A stretch of DNA of 64,000 bases from Chloroflexota bacterium (GCA_014874475.1 JADBJJ010000023.1:391836-455835), one strand, 5' to 3'; counted from the stretch's first letter, positions 32,462 through 43,512 are shown. Notes: generated by a model from the sequence alone, not told the origin. Numbers and translations are program-made.

Positions 32462-32517
32462 CTAAAGCGCATCTGTACCATTTCCTCACAACCATTCGCA
32501 CCAAATAGGAGGATGTC

Positions 32518-33312
32518 ATGGAAAATGTATTAACGACTTTGGGGTGTATGGTTACCGCTCTCATCCTTTTCCTCATCGTGATTGCCAGCGCCGCGATTAA
32601 AATCGTCCAGGAGTACGAGCGGGGCGTTATCTTCCGCCTGGGTCGGTTGGTCGGCGCCAAGGGGCCGGGCCTGTTCTTCATCATCCCTTTCATTGACCGG
32701 ATGGTCAAGGTGGACCTGCGGGTGGTGACGCTGGACGTCCCGGCGCAGGAGTGTATCACCCGGGATAACGTGACCGTCAAGGTGAATGCGGTGGTCTATT
32801 TCCGCGTGGTGGAGCCGACCAGCGCCATTGTCCAGGTGGAGGACTACAAGCGGGCCACCTGGCAGATTGCCCAGACCACACTGCGAAATGTCATTGGACA
32901 ATCGGAACTGGACGAACTGCTGGCCCATCGGGAACGGATCAACACCAAGTTGCAGCAGATCATTGACGAGCAGACCGAGCCCTGGGGGGTTAAGGTGAGC
33001 ATCGTGGAGATCAAAGATGTGGAACTCCCGGCCACCATGCAGCGGGCAATGGCCCGACAGGCGGAGGCTGAGCGGGAGAAGCGGGCGAAAATCATCCACG
33101 CCGAGGGCGAGTACCAGGCTGCCCAGACCCTGGCCCAGGCCGCCGAGACCATCGGACAGGTGCCCGCGGCCATCCAACTCCGTTATCTCCAGACGCTCAC
33201 CGAAATTGCCACGGAGAAGAATTCCACCATCATCTTCCCGGTGCCGGTGGAGTTCCTGCGCGGCCTGGCCGGTATCTTGGGTGTCAAACTGGAGGAGAGT
33301 CGGAAAGAGTAA
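32518..33312 (+). CDS. SPFH/band-7 (stomatin/prohibitin-like) membrane protein
   Basis: It has an N-terminal TM helix followed by SPFH core motifs (IFRLGRL...[17 protein letters not shown]...) and a C-terminal coiled coil ([15 protein letters not shown]). Confidence 0.9.
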   Translation: MENVLTTLGCMVTALILFLIVIASAAIKIVQEYERGVIFRLGRLVGAKGPGLFFIIPFIDRMVKVDLRVVTLDVPAQECITRDNVTVKVNAVVYFRVVEPTSAIVQVEDYKRATWQIAQTTLRNVIGQSELDELLAHRERINTKLQQIIDEQTEPWGVKVSIVEIKDVELPATMQRAMARQAEAEREKRAKIIHAEGEYQAAQTLAQAAETIGQVPAAIQLRYLQTLTEIATEKNSTIIFPVPVEFLRGLAGILGVKLEESRKE

Positions 33313-33316
33313 CCGG

Positions 33317-33991
33317 ATGCCCCTGGAAAAACTGAACCTGAAGGACGTAGGCCGTCGGCTGGACCGTCCCTTTGCGATGATAGATATGGCTCTCGTCGCC
33401 GATATCACGGTGAGCCTCTATCTTTGCCAGGGGACGCTGGCCTGGCACCGGCATCTGGACCAGGATGAACTCTTCTGGGTTCATCAGGGAGTCATTCTGC
33501 TGGAGACAGAGCGGGGGGAGGTGCGCCTGCGCCCCGGGGAGATGTCTATTGTCCGCAAAGGACTGGCCCACCGCTCCGGTTCTCCTTTCCCGTCCACTGT
33601 TCTCCTTTTCCGATGCAATGTGTTGCCAGAGCGCAAGAACGGGCGCCGCTTCCTCTACGGTACCAGCGAGAGTCCGCCGCAGCGGATCAGCCTGAACGCC
33701 GCAGTGGAGAGTTTGCAGGTACCGTTTCAGTCCAAGACGGTCGCTCACATAGAGGGTTCGGCTATCCAGGTCATGCGCGGGGAGGGGGATTGGCCGCTGA
33801 TGGAGCCATCTCCCCATGACGTGCTGTTGCTCTCCCTGGCGGGCACGGCGATGATTTACGAGGTCGGAGCCCGCCGGGGGGTTCCCTTGACCCTGGGCCC
33901 GGATGAATTGACCGTCCTAAATCGGGATACACCGTACCAGGTTTTCACTAAAGAAGAGACCGTCCTGGCGCGGCTGACGCGAGAGGCGTAA
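33317..33991 (+). CDS. cupin-domain protein
   Basis: The ATG 4 nt after the SPFH stop gives MPLEKLNLKDVGRR.... The region HQGVILLETERGEVRLRPGEMSIVRKGLAHRS resembles a cupin beta-barrel. The listed ORF 33017..33991 begins inside the SPFH gene, and that start is probably spurious. Confidence 0.7.
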   Translation: MPLEKLNLKDVGRRLDRPFAMIDMALVADITVSLYLCQGTLAWHRHLDQDELFWVHQGVILLETERGEVRLRPGEMSIVRKGLAHRSGSPFPSTVLLFRCNVLPERKNGRRFLYGTSESPPQRISLNAAVESLQVPFQSKTVAHIEGSAIQVMRGEGDWPLMEPSPHDVLLLSLAGTAMIYEVGARRGVPLTLGPDELTVLNRDTPYQVFTKEETVLARLTREA

Positions 33992-35692
33992 ATGGCTCAG
34001 GCACTTTATCGCAAATGGCGCCCTCAGACCTTTGACGAAGTCGTTGGGCAAGAGCACATCGTCCGAACTCTGCGCAACGCCCTTCTCTCCGGCCGCGTCC
34101 ACCATGCTTACCTCTTCACTGGCCCGCGCGGCACCGGCAAGACGACCACCGCGCGCCTGTTGGCGAAGGCAGTCAACTGCCTAGACCCGGAACTGGCCCG
34201 TCGGCCCTGCAATCAGTGTGCCATCTGCCGGGCCATTAACGAAGGGCGGCTGATGGACTTGATAGAGATTGACGCCGCCTCTAACACCAGCGTGGAAGAT
34301 GTCCGGGAACTGCGGGAGCGGGTGGGCTACCGCCCCTCCGAGGCCCGGTACAAGGTGTATATCATTGACGAAGTCCATATGCTCTCCACCGCCGCCTTTA
34401 ACGCACTCCTCAAGACGCTGGAGGAGCCTCCCGCCCATGCCCTTTTTGTCCTGGCGACCACCGAACCCCACCGCATCCCGGCGACAGTACTCTCCCGCTG
34501 CCAGCGGCTGGACTTCCGGCGGGTCCCGCTGGCGGACATAGTGGCCCGGCTCCGGCACCTGGCTCAGCAGGAGGGCATCCAGGCCGAGGAGGACGCGCTG
34601 AGCCTGATTGCCCGCTATGCCACCGGCAGTATGCGGGATGCGGAGAGTCTACTGGACCAACTGGCCGCCTATACTGACCGTGTGGTCACCGTGGAGGCGG
34701 TGCGGACGGCCCTCGGCACCGGCGACGAGGGCGCGGTACTGGCCCTCACCGACGCACTGGCGGCGCAGGATGTGGGTCGGGGGCTGGCCGTCATCCATGA
34801 GGCCGCCGACCGGGGCGCCGACCCCCGCCAGTTCGCCCGCCAGATGACCGATCACCTGCGCGCCTTGATGCTGATTCGCCTGGGTGCCCCCGTTCCCCTC
34901 TATATCCCCGAGAGCCTGCGCCCGGCGGTTCAGAACCAGGCAGCCCGCTTCACCCCTCGCCAGTTGGCCCGCGCCGTCCGCCTCTTCGGGCAGGCGGCAT
35001 CGGACGCACGGACTGCCTGGCAGCCGCAACTCCCGCTGGAACTGGCCTTCACAGAAGCGGCCTTGCCCGAGGAGGATACCCGCCCCACCAGCGCGGGCCA
35101 GCAGGAGCCATCGCCTCGCCGCGAACCGACGGCCCCGCCTCCGGCCCCCTCACCGGCCCGGACGGTGGGCCGTCCTGCTGCCCCCTCAGGCCGCCCGTCC
35201 CCTGGCGCGTCTTCCACCCCGACCTCGACGGCCCCACCGGTCCACGAACAGCCCCTTCCAGAGCCAATAGCGGACTTCTCTCTGGAGGAAGTGACCCAGC
35301 GGTGGAACGATATGCTTCGCCTTCTCCGCTCCGTCAACCACTCCCTGGAGGCATTGATGCGGGACGGGAAGCCGTTAAAGGTAGAGGGAGACATATTGCT
35401 GATCGGATTCCCTTACCCCTTCCATAGGGACAAAGTGGGCGAGGAGCCCAACCGGCGCGCGGTGGAGGACGCGCTGACCCAACTAATAGGCCAACCGGTG
35501 CGGGTGCGCTGCGTGTTGCTGGCCGGTTCCGGTGGAAAATCCCCGGCGCGCCCGACTCCGACTCGTGCCCCGAACCCTCAACCCCGGACATCTCCATTGG
35601 CCTCCCCGTCTCCTCCGTCCTCGCCCACTTCGGATGATGGACTGGTGCGGGCGGCGGTGGAGAAACTGGGAGCGCGAGTCAAAACAAACTGA
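33992..35692 (+). CDS. dnaX: DNA polymerase III subunits gamma/tau
   Basis: It has an AAA+ clamp-loader N-terminus (YRKWRPQTFDEVVGQEHIV...LFTGPRGTGKTTTARLLAKAVNC, a Cys4 zinc module, and the SRC motif TVLSRCQRLDF) and a Pro/Ala-rich linker. I found no A AAA AAG frameshift heptamer. Confidence 0.95.
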   Translation: MAQALYRKWRPQTFDEVVGQEHIVRTLRNALLSGRVHHAYLFTGPRGTGKTTTARLLAKAVNCLDPELARRPCNQCAICRAINEGRLMDLIEIDAASNTSVEDVRELRERVGYRPSEARYKVYIIDEVHMLSTAAFNALLKTLEEPPAHALFVLATTEPHRIPATVLSRCQRLDFRRVPLADIVARLRHLAQQEGIQAEEDALSLIARYATGSMRDAESLLDQLAAYTDRVVTVEAVRTALGTGDEGAVLALTDALAAQDVGRGLAVIHEAADRGADPRQFARQMTDHLRALMLIRLGAPVPLYIPESLRPAVQNQAARFTPRQLARAVRLFGQAASDARTAWQPQLPLELAFTEAALPEEDTRPTSAGQQEPSPRREPTAPPPAPSPARTVGRPAAPSGRPSPGASSTPTSTAPPVHEQPLPEPIADFSLEEVTQRWNDMLRLLRSVNHSLEALMRDGKPLKVEGDILLIGFPYPFHRDKVGEEPNRRAVEDALTQLIGQPVRVRCVLLAGSGGKSPARPTPTRAPNPQPRTSPLASPSPPSSPTSDDGLVRAAVEKLGARVKTN

Positions 35693-36076
35693 ATCTTGCC
35701 GGATGGTCGGTCGCTATTGGAGAGATGTGACCGTTCTCCGGACCCCGTATCCGAAGAATTTATGAACAACGCCCAGGATGGTGTACCGGTCCCTGTGACA
35801 TGAACAGTACCTCGCAGCCCAGCCCGGGCCCCCCCAGCCTCTGTTGCTATCCCCTCATCTTCCCATCCGACTGCTGGGCGCGCCGAATTGTCGGGACGAC
35901 TGTTGGGGCGGGATGCCGGGCCCGCTGGGCGGAGAATGGACGCTGAAAGATGTACGGGGATACATCACCGCCGGGCAACCGCCTTGGGTGGAGCGCGGGA
36001 TGACCTGGACGCACGGAGGCAGTTTTTCCCATCGCCTTCCGGTTTTCAAGCATTCCCTGAGTATTAGGAGGAAATC

Positions 36077-37105
36077 ATGAAAGCCGCCGTCTTTCGGGGA
36101 ATTGGACAGATAGAGGTGACGGATGTCCCGATGCCGGAGCCGGAGCCGGGGGAGGTGCTGATCAAGGTCGCCTACAGCGGCATCTGTGGCACCGACATAG
36201 AAGCGTTCCAGATCGGGATGTACGAGCCCGGCCTGGTTATCGGCCACGAATTCGCTGGGACAATTGTGGAGACGGGGCCCGGCGTGGCCGGCTGGCGGGC
36301 GGGTGACCGGGTCGTTGTCGGCGACCTGATTCCCTGCGGGCAGTGTCGGGCCTGCCGGACCGGGAACCTGGGCGCCTGTGAGAACATCTACATGATTGGC
36401 GTCACCCACGATGGCGGGATGGCGGAGTACGTGAGGGCACCGGCGATCGGGCTGTATCGCTTGCCGGAGGGGGTGAGTATGCGGCAGGGGGCGCTGGTGG
36501 AGCCGCTCACGGTGGCCCTTCATGGCGTCCGCCGGTCTCGCCTCAAGCCGGGGGACCGGGCCGTGGTGATGGGAGCCGGTCCTATCGGATTGCTCACTTT
36601 GCAGTGCGTGCGCCTGGCGGGCGCGCGCTCCGTCATCGTCACTGAAGTGGATCCCACCCGCGCCGCGCTGGCGGCTCGCCTGGGCGCGACGGTCGTCCTG
36701 AACCCGCTGGAGGATAACATCGGCGTCTCCTTATCCGAACTGACGGATGGGCTGGGACCAGACGTCATTTTTATCTGTACCGGCGCGCCGGAACCGTTTG
36801 CTGATGCGATCTCTCTGGTCCGCAAGGGCGGGCAGATTTTCCTGCTGGGACTGCCCATCCAGCCCGTGGAGGCGGACTTCTTCAGTGTGGTGATGGGAGA
36901 ACTCTCTATTGAGGGCAGTCTGGCGGGGTGGACGGAGTTCTCGGCCGCGATAGACCTCATTGCCCAGGGCCGAGTGGATTTGGATGCGCTGGTCAGCCAC
37001 GAGATTCCGCTGGATGAGGGGGTCGTGGAGTGGTTCGGTCGCCTGGGCGCCCCCGGCTCTGGCGCAGTGAAGGTGCTGGTGCGGATAGACGACTCGGTAT
37101 TTTAG
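36077..37105 (+). CDS. zinc-dependent alcohol dehydrogenase (MDR family, threonine/sorbitol dehydrogenase-like)
   Basis: It has the catalytic-zinc motif GHEFAGTIVE, the structural-zinc motif C-x2-C-x2-C-x7-C (CGQCRACRTGNLGAC), and the Rossmann motif GAGPIGLL. Confidence 0.9.
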   Translation: MKAAVFRGIGQIEVTDVPMPEPEPGEVLIKVAYSGICGTDIEAFQIGMYEPGLVIGHEFAGTIVETGPGVAGWRAGDRVVVGDLIPCGQCRACRTGNLGACENIYMIGVTHDGGMAEYVRAPAIGLYRLPEGVSMRQGALVEPLTVALHGVRRSRLKPGDRAVVMGAGPIGLLTLQCVRLAGARSVIVTEVDPTRAALAARLGATVVLNPLEDNIGVSLSELTDGLGPDVIFICTGAPEPFADAISLVRKGGQIFLLGLPIQPVEADFFSVVMGELSIEGSLAGWTEFSAAIDLIAQGRVDLDALVSHEIPLDEGVVEWFGRLGAPGSGAVKVLVRIDDSVF

Positions 37106-37160
37106 CGCGGCAGTAAAGCCGCCATAACCGAAAGCCTTTATCTAAATAAGGAGGCTCACC

Positions 37161-37592
37161 ATGAAACTTGCGTCTCTGGAATACCTGGAGGAAGTCCGAC
37201 GGCGCTCCAACGCCGACCCACAGTACCTGGAACTGGCGAAGGGCCATAACGCGTCCTATACGCTGGTTCTGGAGGCCGAACCCGCGAAGGGTGTCAACGA
37301 GACCACTGTCATCGGCTTCACTAACGTGGATGGGAAAATTGACGAGGTCTGGGTGGGAAAGCGCCCTACCGATTTCATCCTCACCGCCCCCTATGGTGCC
37401 TGGGTGGACATCCTGCGGGGGAAAATGGGCGCCACCCAGGCCATTGCGTCCCGCAAACTGAAGACGCAGGGCTCCTTTATGCAACTCCTGCAGGGCGCTA
37501 ACCGCATCATCCGTTGGGTGGAAATTCTACGCACCATCCCCACCGAGTTTGAAGGGGACTACGCCCAATACAACCTGCCGGGGACGCCATAG
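37161..37592 (+). CDS. SCP2 sterol-carrier-like domain protein
   Basis: It is a 143-aa protein whose terminal pattern ...MGATQAIASRKLKTQGSFMQLLQ... is typical of SCP2/alkylsulfatase C-terminal domains. Function is unknown. Confidence 0.6.
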   Translation: MKLASLEYLEEVRRRSNADPQYLELAKGHNASYTLVLEAEPAKGVNETTVIGFTNVDGKIDEVWVGKRPTDFILTAPYGAWVDILRGKMGATQAIASRKLKTQGSFMQLLQGANRIIRWVEILRTIPTEFEGDYAQYNLPGTP

Positions 37593-37666
37593 CGCCGGTC
37601 ATTCGGTCGTTGATCCATTAGACAGTCTCTGCATTCTCCGCAATTCGTCCACAACAGGAGGCGCCA

Positions 37667-40290
37667 TGGGCACATCACCGCTGCGCGGCAAGGGCATCTG
37701 GGCTTGGCGTCGGTCGGGCGACGAACTGGGCCGGGCCATTCAGATGGCTCAGCAGACCGGTGGAACTCACATCCTCTATAAAGTGGGGCAAGGGAAAACG
37801 TACTATGGGGATTCGGCCCCATCTGCCCGCCGCATCGCCAACGCCGGATTGATTCCCTTCGCCTGGACCTGGCTCACCCTGGATGACCCGGAGCAGGAGG
37901 CTCAGGTCGTCTTGAACGCCTTCTCGGACGGCTACCAGGGCTTCGTCTTTGACGTAGAAGGCCCCTGCAGCCGGAAATTTGAGGCGGCGCGAAGGCTGGT
38001 CCGCGCCCTCAAGAGACCCGACGTCAACCCCGAGATGCTCTTCCTTTGCTCCTTTCCCAACATCTCTGCTCACACGGACCTCCCATATACAGAGATGCTG
38101 GAAATCTGTAAGGGCGGCCTGATGCCGATGGCCTACGGTTCTTTCTTCGCCCCAGGCGACCCCACCCCCTGGGATGTCCAGGCCCGCCGGGTGATAGATG
38201 AATGGACTTACGGCCATTACGAAGAATGGTGCCTCAAATGGGGCTTCCGCCCGCCTCTGTATCCCATCCTGGGCCCTTACCACGACGAGTATGGCAGCGT
38301 TCCTATGTCCCCGGAGGAGTTCCGGGTCTGGCTGAACCGATTGGCGGTCTACGGTCCGACCTTCGTAAGTTTTTTCACTGCCCGCGCCATCCCCGACGCG
38401 CTGGTCCCGCTGATCCGGGACTTCGCTCTGGCGGAGGCGCCGGGGGAGATACCCGTCCCCGCCTCCGCGTGGGTGGCTCCGCTGGAGGGGGCGGTTCTGT
38501 ATGCCCGGCCAGACTTTGCGGCTCAGCGGACGCGCGCCCTCATTTACCGGAGCACCGTTGAGGGAGTGACTTGGCGTCGTGGGAGCGATGGCCGCCGCTG
38601 GCTCCAGGTCCGCACTGCCGATGGTGCGTTGGGTTGGCTCCCCGAGCGACGGGCCGATGGCTCCCCCTCCTTTGCTCTCACCGACCCCGGCGCGCCCCCG
38701 ACACTCCCGGCCCCGCCCCCTGCCCCGCCAGACCATCTGACCTATGTCTGGACGACCCAGGAGGTGAACTTCCGCAGCCAGCCCGTTGTGCGCCCGGATA
38801 CCCTCATCGGGCGGCTCTATCCTGGCGCGCGCTTGAAAGTCGTAGAGGACCCTGTGCTGGCCCGACGGAAACTGGGCACTTATCAGTGGCTCCGCGTCCG
38901 GTTGGAGCCTGAGGGGCCGGAGGGCTGGCTGGCTGCCTGGTATGTTACCGACCGCTCACCGGTGGCAGAAGCCCCGCCATCGGTGAACTACCTGCGCGTC
39001 CAAAGCCCCCAGGTCGGCTACTTGAACATCCGGCAGGGTCCGGGGACAAATACTCCCACTGTCTGGCAGGTCCCTGATGGCACGGTTCTGGAGATTCGGG
39101 AGGACCCCCAGCAAGCCCTGGCGAAAGTCGGGCAGGAAGGGCAGTGGATTCAGGTGCGCACGCCCAGCCTGCACGAAGGCTATGCGGCCGCCTGGTACCT
39201 CGTCGCTGACGTCCCGCCCGATAACCGCCGTCCGGTAGAGGATGCCCCTCTTCCCTTCGGCGAATGCGCCTGGATTTTCGGCATCCACGGCGCTGGCGCC
39301 GACGAGACGGAGGACTTCCGCCATCTGTTTCAGGGGACGGGGCGGCGGGGATGGGTGCTCTTCACTGAATCCATCGGCCGTCATCCCGAGAATCTGCGGC
39401 CCAATGAAGCCCTGCGGCAGAAACTCTGGGACTGGGCCCGCAGCGGCTTCGGCGTGGTCATCCGCCTCAATTACGGTTATGAGCCGGCGGGAACTCTGCC
39501 CGAATCCCAGTACTATGGGGACTTTGCGGCCACCTGCAGGCGCTGGGTGGAACTCTACCTGAAGCGCCCAGAGGTCCCCCCGTCTCACTATACCTGGGTC
39601 ATTACCGTCGGGAATGAGCAGAACAACGTTCGGGAGCACCCCGGCGGGCTGATGGACCCCCGGGAACACATCACGCCCCAACTCTATGCTCGCGCCTTCA
39701 ATTTAGTCTATCGGGCCATCAAGGAGGTCCTGCCCAATGCGACGGTGGTGCCCGGGGCGGTGGACCCGTACAACACCACCCCCTGGGTCCGGCTCGGCGG
39801 CATCCGCTACCGCCCGCTGACGTACTTTAAAGAGATGCTGGACGGGATTGTGGCACTGGACGGTTTTGCGCTCCACACCTACACTCATGGCCCGGTGGTA
39901 GAGTACATCACCCATCTGCGGCCGTTCACCGACTGGCCCCTGGTCCCCGGTACGGAGCACGAGCATTACTACGACTTCCAGGCTTACCGCCCGTTCATTG
40001 AGGCCATCCCCGCAAAGTGGTGGGATAAGCCCGTCTACATCACCGAGACCAACCACTGGACGGTGAACCCGGATGGCACGGGGCCGAACGGGTGGATCAA
40101 CCGCAACATCGGCTGGGTGCAGGCGGCCTATGCAGAGATTCACCGCTGGAACAGCACCCCCCACGCCCAGCAGATTCACTGCCTGCTCCTCTACCGCTGG
40201 CAGGGAGACGAGTGGGAGATTCGGACCAAAGACCAGATTCAGGAGGACTTCCGCCAGTCTCTGCAGAACGATTACCGCTGGAGGAAATGA
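37667..40290 (+). CDS. large multidomain glycoside-hydrolase-like protein: N-terminal GH-like TIM barrel (DUF1906/GH25-like), 3 SH3b-like repeats, and a C-terminal clan GH-A-like catalytic domain
   Basis: The ATG at 37667 is preceded by AGGAGG. Three W/G-rich repeats of about 70 aa (..WLQVRTADGALGWLPE.., ..YQWLRVRLEPEGPEGWLAAWYV.., ..GQWIQVRTPSLHEGYAAAWYL..) resemble bacterial SH3 domains. The C-terminal domain has VGNEQN and ITETN motifs (acid/base and nucleophile Glu of clan GH-A). I see no signal peptide. Confidence 0.75.
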
Positions 40291-40589
40291 GCAGCGCAGG
40301 CGTTTGCGGCTGGGTAAGTTAACCCGGCGGTCGCTTTTCACCGTGGGGATGGGCATTCTCTCATTCTCTCTTCCCTCCTTGCTGGGGAAGAAGAGGAGGA
40401 TGGGGGGGCAGTTGTACACATACACCCAATGGGCACTGAGGCCAGGAACTGCGTCACATCCTGCACCTTCAGCGCCAGCCGGCGCCGTCCCAACCCCGTC
40501 TCCCGACGGGCAGCCAGCACGATCTGCTCTATCTCGGCAGGGATCTGGCGCGGCGAACGCTGGGGACGCCGGGAGCGGTCCTTTAGCCC

Positions 40590-40761
40590 CGCCCCCTTCC
40601 GCCTGGTAGCGGGACACCCCCTTGCGCACCACCTGCCGCCAGGTGCGCCACAGGCGGGCAGTAGCGCGGATGCTGCCCAGCCGTTGGTAGGTCAGCACGA
40701 TCTGCTTTCTTGCCTCCATTGGGTTTATGGCGTGTACTTCCCAGTGAGCCCGTTCAGCCAT
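40590..40761 (-). pseudogene. remnant of an IS481/IS3-like transposase N-terminal HTH (fragment of about 55 aa)
   Basis: The minus-strand translation MAERAHWEVHAINPMEARKQIVLTYQRLGSIRATARLWRTWRQVVRKGVSRYQAEG resembles the transposase HTH motif (...S..TVYKWLRRYRAEG). No DDE domain follows, and the downstream reading frame is GC-rich noise. Confidence 0.35.
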
Positions 40762-40867
40762 CGGCGGTGCTCCTCTTGTGAATTCTTCTCCAATTCCTGT
40801 ATAAGGGGAGCGCCGCCTTTTGTCCAGATCGTCTCCAGCACTTGGTAACGATCTCCTGGCGCAAGCG

Positions 40868-40900
40868 CAGCCGCTTGCCGCATCCGCGCTTTTGTGGTAC
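40868..40900 (+). promoter_or_regulatory. putative promoter of the rpsB-tsf-pyrH-frr cluster (extended -10 TGgTACAAT)
   Basis: The sequence reads ttgccgcatccgcgcttttgTGgTACAAT. A structured GC-rich leader of about 120 nt follows, before the GGAGG RBS of rpsB. Confidence 0.3.
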
Positions 40901-41027
40901 AATCAGCCCCGGCTTGCAAGCCGAAATCGCACGCCTTCGGACTGTCCGGGCTGTGCCGGAGTGGCCACCCGGTCCCCGGACAGGGAGAAGAGGGCGGAGG
41001 AACTAACAGAAAAAGGAGGTAAACGTT

Positions 41028-41963
41028 ATGGCCGTCACAACCATGCGCACGCTGCTGGAAACCGGCGTGCATTTCGGACACCGCACCCGGCGCTGGAACC
41101 CGAAGATGCGTCCCTACATCTTCACCGAGCGCAATGGGGTGCACATTATTGACCTTCAAAAAACGCTCACCGCCCTGGAGCAGGCCGTCAGGGTCGTCCG
41201 GGAGACAGTCGCTAACGGGGGAACCATCCTCTTCGTTGGCACCAAACAGCAGGCCCAGGAGGTCATCGCTCACGAAGCCCAGCGGTGCAGCATGCCCTAT
41301 GTCAACCAGCGCTGGCTGGGCGGTACCCTCACCAACTGGCGCACCATCCGCCGCCGGATTGACTACCTGATAGACCTGGAGGAGCGTCAGGCCCGGGGAG
41401 AGTTTGAGCAGTTGACCAAACTGGAAGCCCTGAAACTCCAGCGGGAAATCGCGCGGCTCAATGCCCGTCTGGGTGGCATCAAACAGATGCACCAACTCCC
41501 CAACCTCCTCTACGTCGTAGACGTACACCGGGAAGCGACAGCCGTAAAAGAAGCGAATATTATGGACATCCCGGTCATCGCCATCGTAGATACCAACTGC
41601 GACCCTGACCCCGTAGACTACGTCATCCCGGGCAACGATGATGCGATCCGCGCCATCCGGCTGATTACGGGCCTTATGGCCGACGCCGTTATGGAAGGGC
41701 TGGCCCTGCGCAAGGAACTGGCCCCTGAGGCGGAGATTTTCGAGGAAACGGAACGGTATCTCAGCGCAGCCACCCTCGCCCGCATCCGTGAAGGGCGCTT
41801 TGATGAAGAGGAATGGCCGCCGGAGGAGGGCGAAGAGTACGAGGCCCTGGAGCCGGAGGAAGAGTATCTGGCAAAAGGCGAAGAAGAGTTTGAGTACGAA
41901 GAAGCGTTTGAGGAAGAATACGAAGAGGAGTACGAAGCCGAAGAGGATGCTGAAGAGGATTAA
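41028..41963 (+). CDS. rpsB: 30S ribosomal protein S2 with a long Glu-rich C-terminal extension
   Basis: The translation starts [32 protein letters not shown].... The last 60 aa or so are highly acidic ([20 protein letters not shown]...EEDAEED). Confidence 0.95.
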   Translation: MAVTTMRTLLETGVHFGHRTRRWNPKMRPYIFTERNGVHIIDLQKTLTALEQAVRVVRETVANGGTILFVGTKQQAQEVIAHEAQRCSMPYVNQRWLGGTLTNWRTIRRRIDYLIDLEERQARGEFEQLTKLEALKLQREIARLNARLGGIKQMHQLPNLLYVVDVHREATAVKEANIMDIPVIAIVDTNCDPDPVDYVIPGNDDAIRAIRLITGLMADAVMEGLALRKELAPEAEIFEETERYLSAATLARIREGRFDEEEWPPEEGEEYEALEPEEEYLAKGEEEFEYEEAFEEEYEEEYEAEEDAEED

Positions 41964-42065
41964 CGCAGCCCTCTCTGTCCGCTGCTCACCCAACCCGACC
42001 ATCGTTCCAGCAGGATGAGCCGCGGCACAGGCGGGTCGACTTCACTCTATGACAGGAGGTCAACG

Positions 42066-42665
42066 TTGGAAATCACAGCGGCAATGGTTAAGGAACTGCG
42101 CGAGGCCACTGGCGCAGGAGTATTGGATTGTCGCAAGGCTCTGGAAATGACCGGCGGCGATTTTGATGCCGCCGTTGCGTACCTGCGGGAGAAGGGACTG
42201 GCCGAGGCAGCCAAGAAAGTGGATCGGACCGCCCGCGAGGGCATCATTGAGGCTTATGTCCATCATGGCAGTCGGGTGGGCGTCATCCTGGAACTGAATT
42301 GCGAGACCGATTTCGTCGCCCGCACAGAAGAGTTCCGCACCCTGGCCCATAATCTGGCTCTCCACATCGCCTTCGCCAACCCCCGCTATCTCTCCCGCGA
42401 GCAGGTCCCTGCTGATGTGGCAGAAGAGGAGGGGCGCATCTACCGCACCCAGGCTCTGGAAGAGGGTAAGCCTGAGAGCGTCGTAGACCGCATCGTCCTG
42501 GGGAAATTGGAGAAGTTCTACCAGTCCGTATGCCTGCTGGAGCAACCGTTTATCAAGGACGAAGACCGGACGGTAGAGCAGGTCATCAAAGAGTATACCG
42601 CCCTGTTGGGCGAGAACATCGTCGTACGCCGATTTGCTCGCTACGAACTGGGGGAGAGTATATAA
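42066..42665 (+). CDS. tsf: elongation factor Ts (probable TTG start)
   Basis: The TTG at 42066 lies 7 nt after AGGAGG and gives (M)[26 protein letters not shown]..., the canonical EF-Ts N-terminus. The upstream ATG at 42015 adds 17 non-conserved residues. Confidence 0.88.
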   Translation: MEITAAMVKELREATGAGVLDCRKALEMTGGDFDAAVAYLREKGLAEAAKKVDRTAREGIIEAYVHHGSRVGVILELNCETDFVARTEEFRTLAHNLALHIAFANPRYLSREQVPADVAEEEGRIYRTQALEEGKPESVVDRIVLGKLEKFYQSVCLLEQPFIKDEDRTVEQVIKEYTALLGENIVVRRFARYELGESI

Positions 42666-42686
42666 TCACCGAGAACCCTCCCGTAG

Positions 42687-43442
<756 letters not shown>

Positions 43443-43512
43443 GAAGAATCATCAAAAGACTCAGCCCATCGCTGATGTTTCCGATGCTCTCATTCTTTCC
43501 CAGGAGGAGGGC

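Noticed and set aside
33017-33316. Upstream extension of the cupin ORF (listed ORF 33017..33991, 324 aa)
   Set aside because: The extension overlaps the C-terminal 100 codons of the well-supported SPFH gene in another frame. A clean ATG at 33317, 4 nt after the SPFH stop, gives a compact cupin protein.
33992-35692. Programmed -1 frameshift site (A AAA AAG) in dnaX, looked for
   Set aside because: No slippery heptamer or long A-run was seen in the coding sequence. A gamma/tau frameshift cannot be supported from the sequence.
40900-41027. rpsB leader fragment AGTCCGGGCT considered as an RNase P RNA or other ncRNA gene
   Set aside because: Only a 10-nt resemblance to the P4 region was seen. 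The region is far too short (about 120 nt) and is directly followed by the rpsB RBS. It is treated as a 5' UTR.
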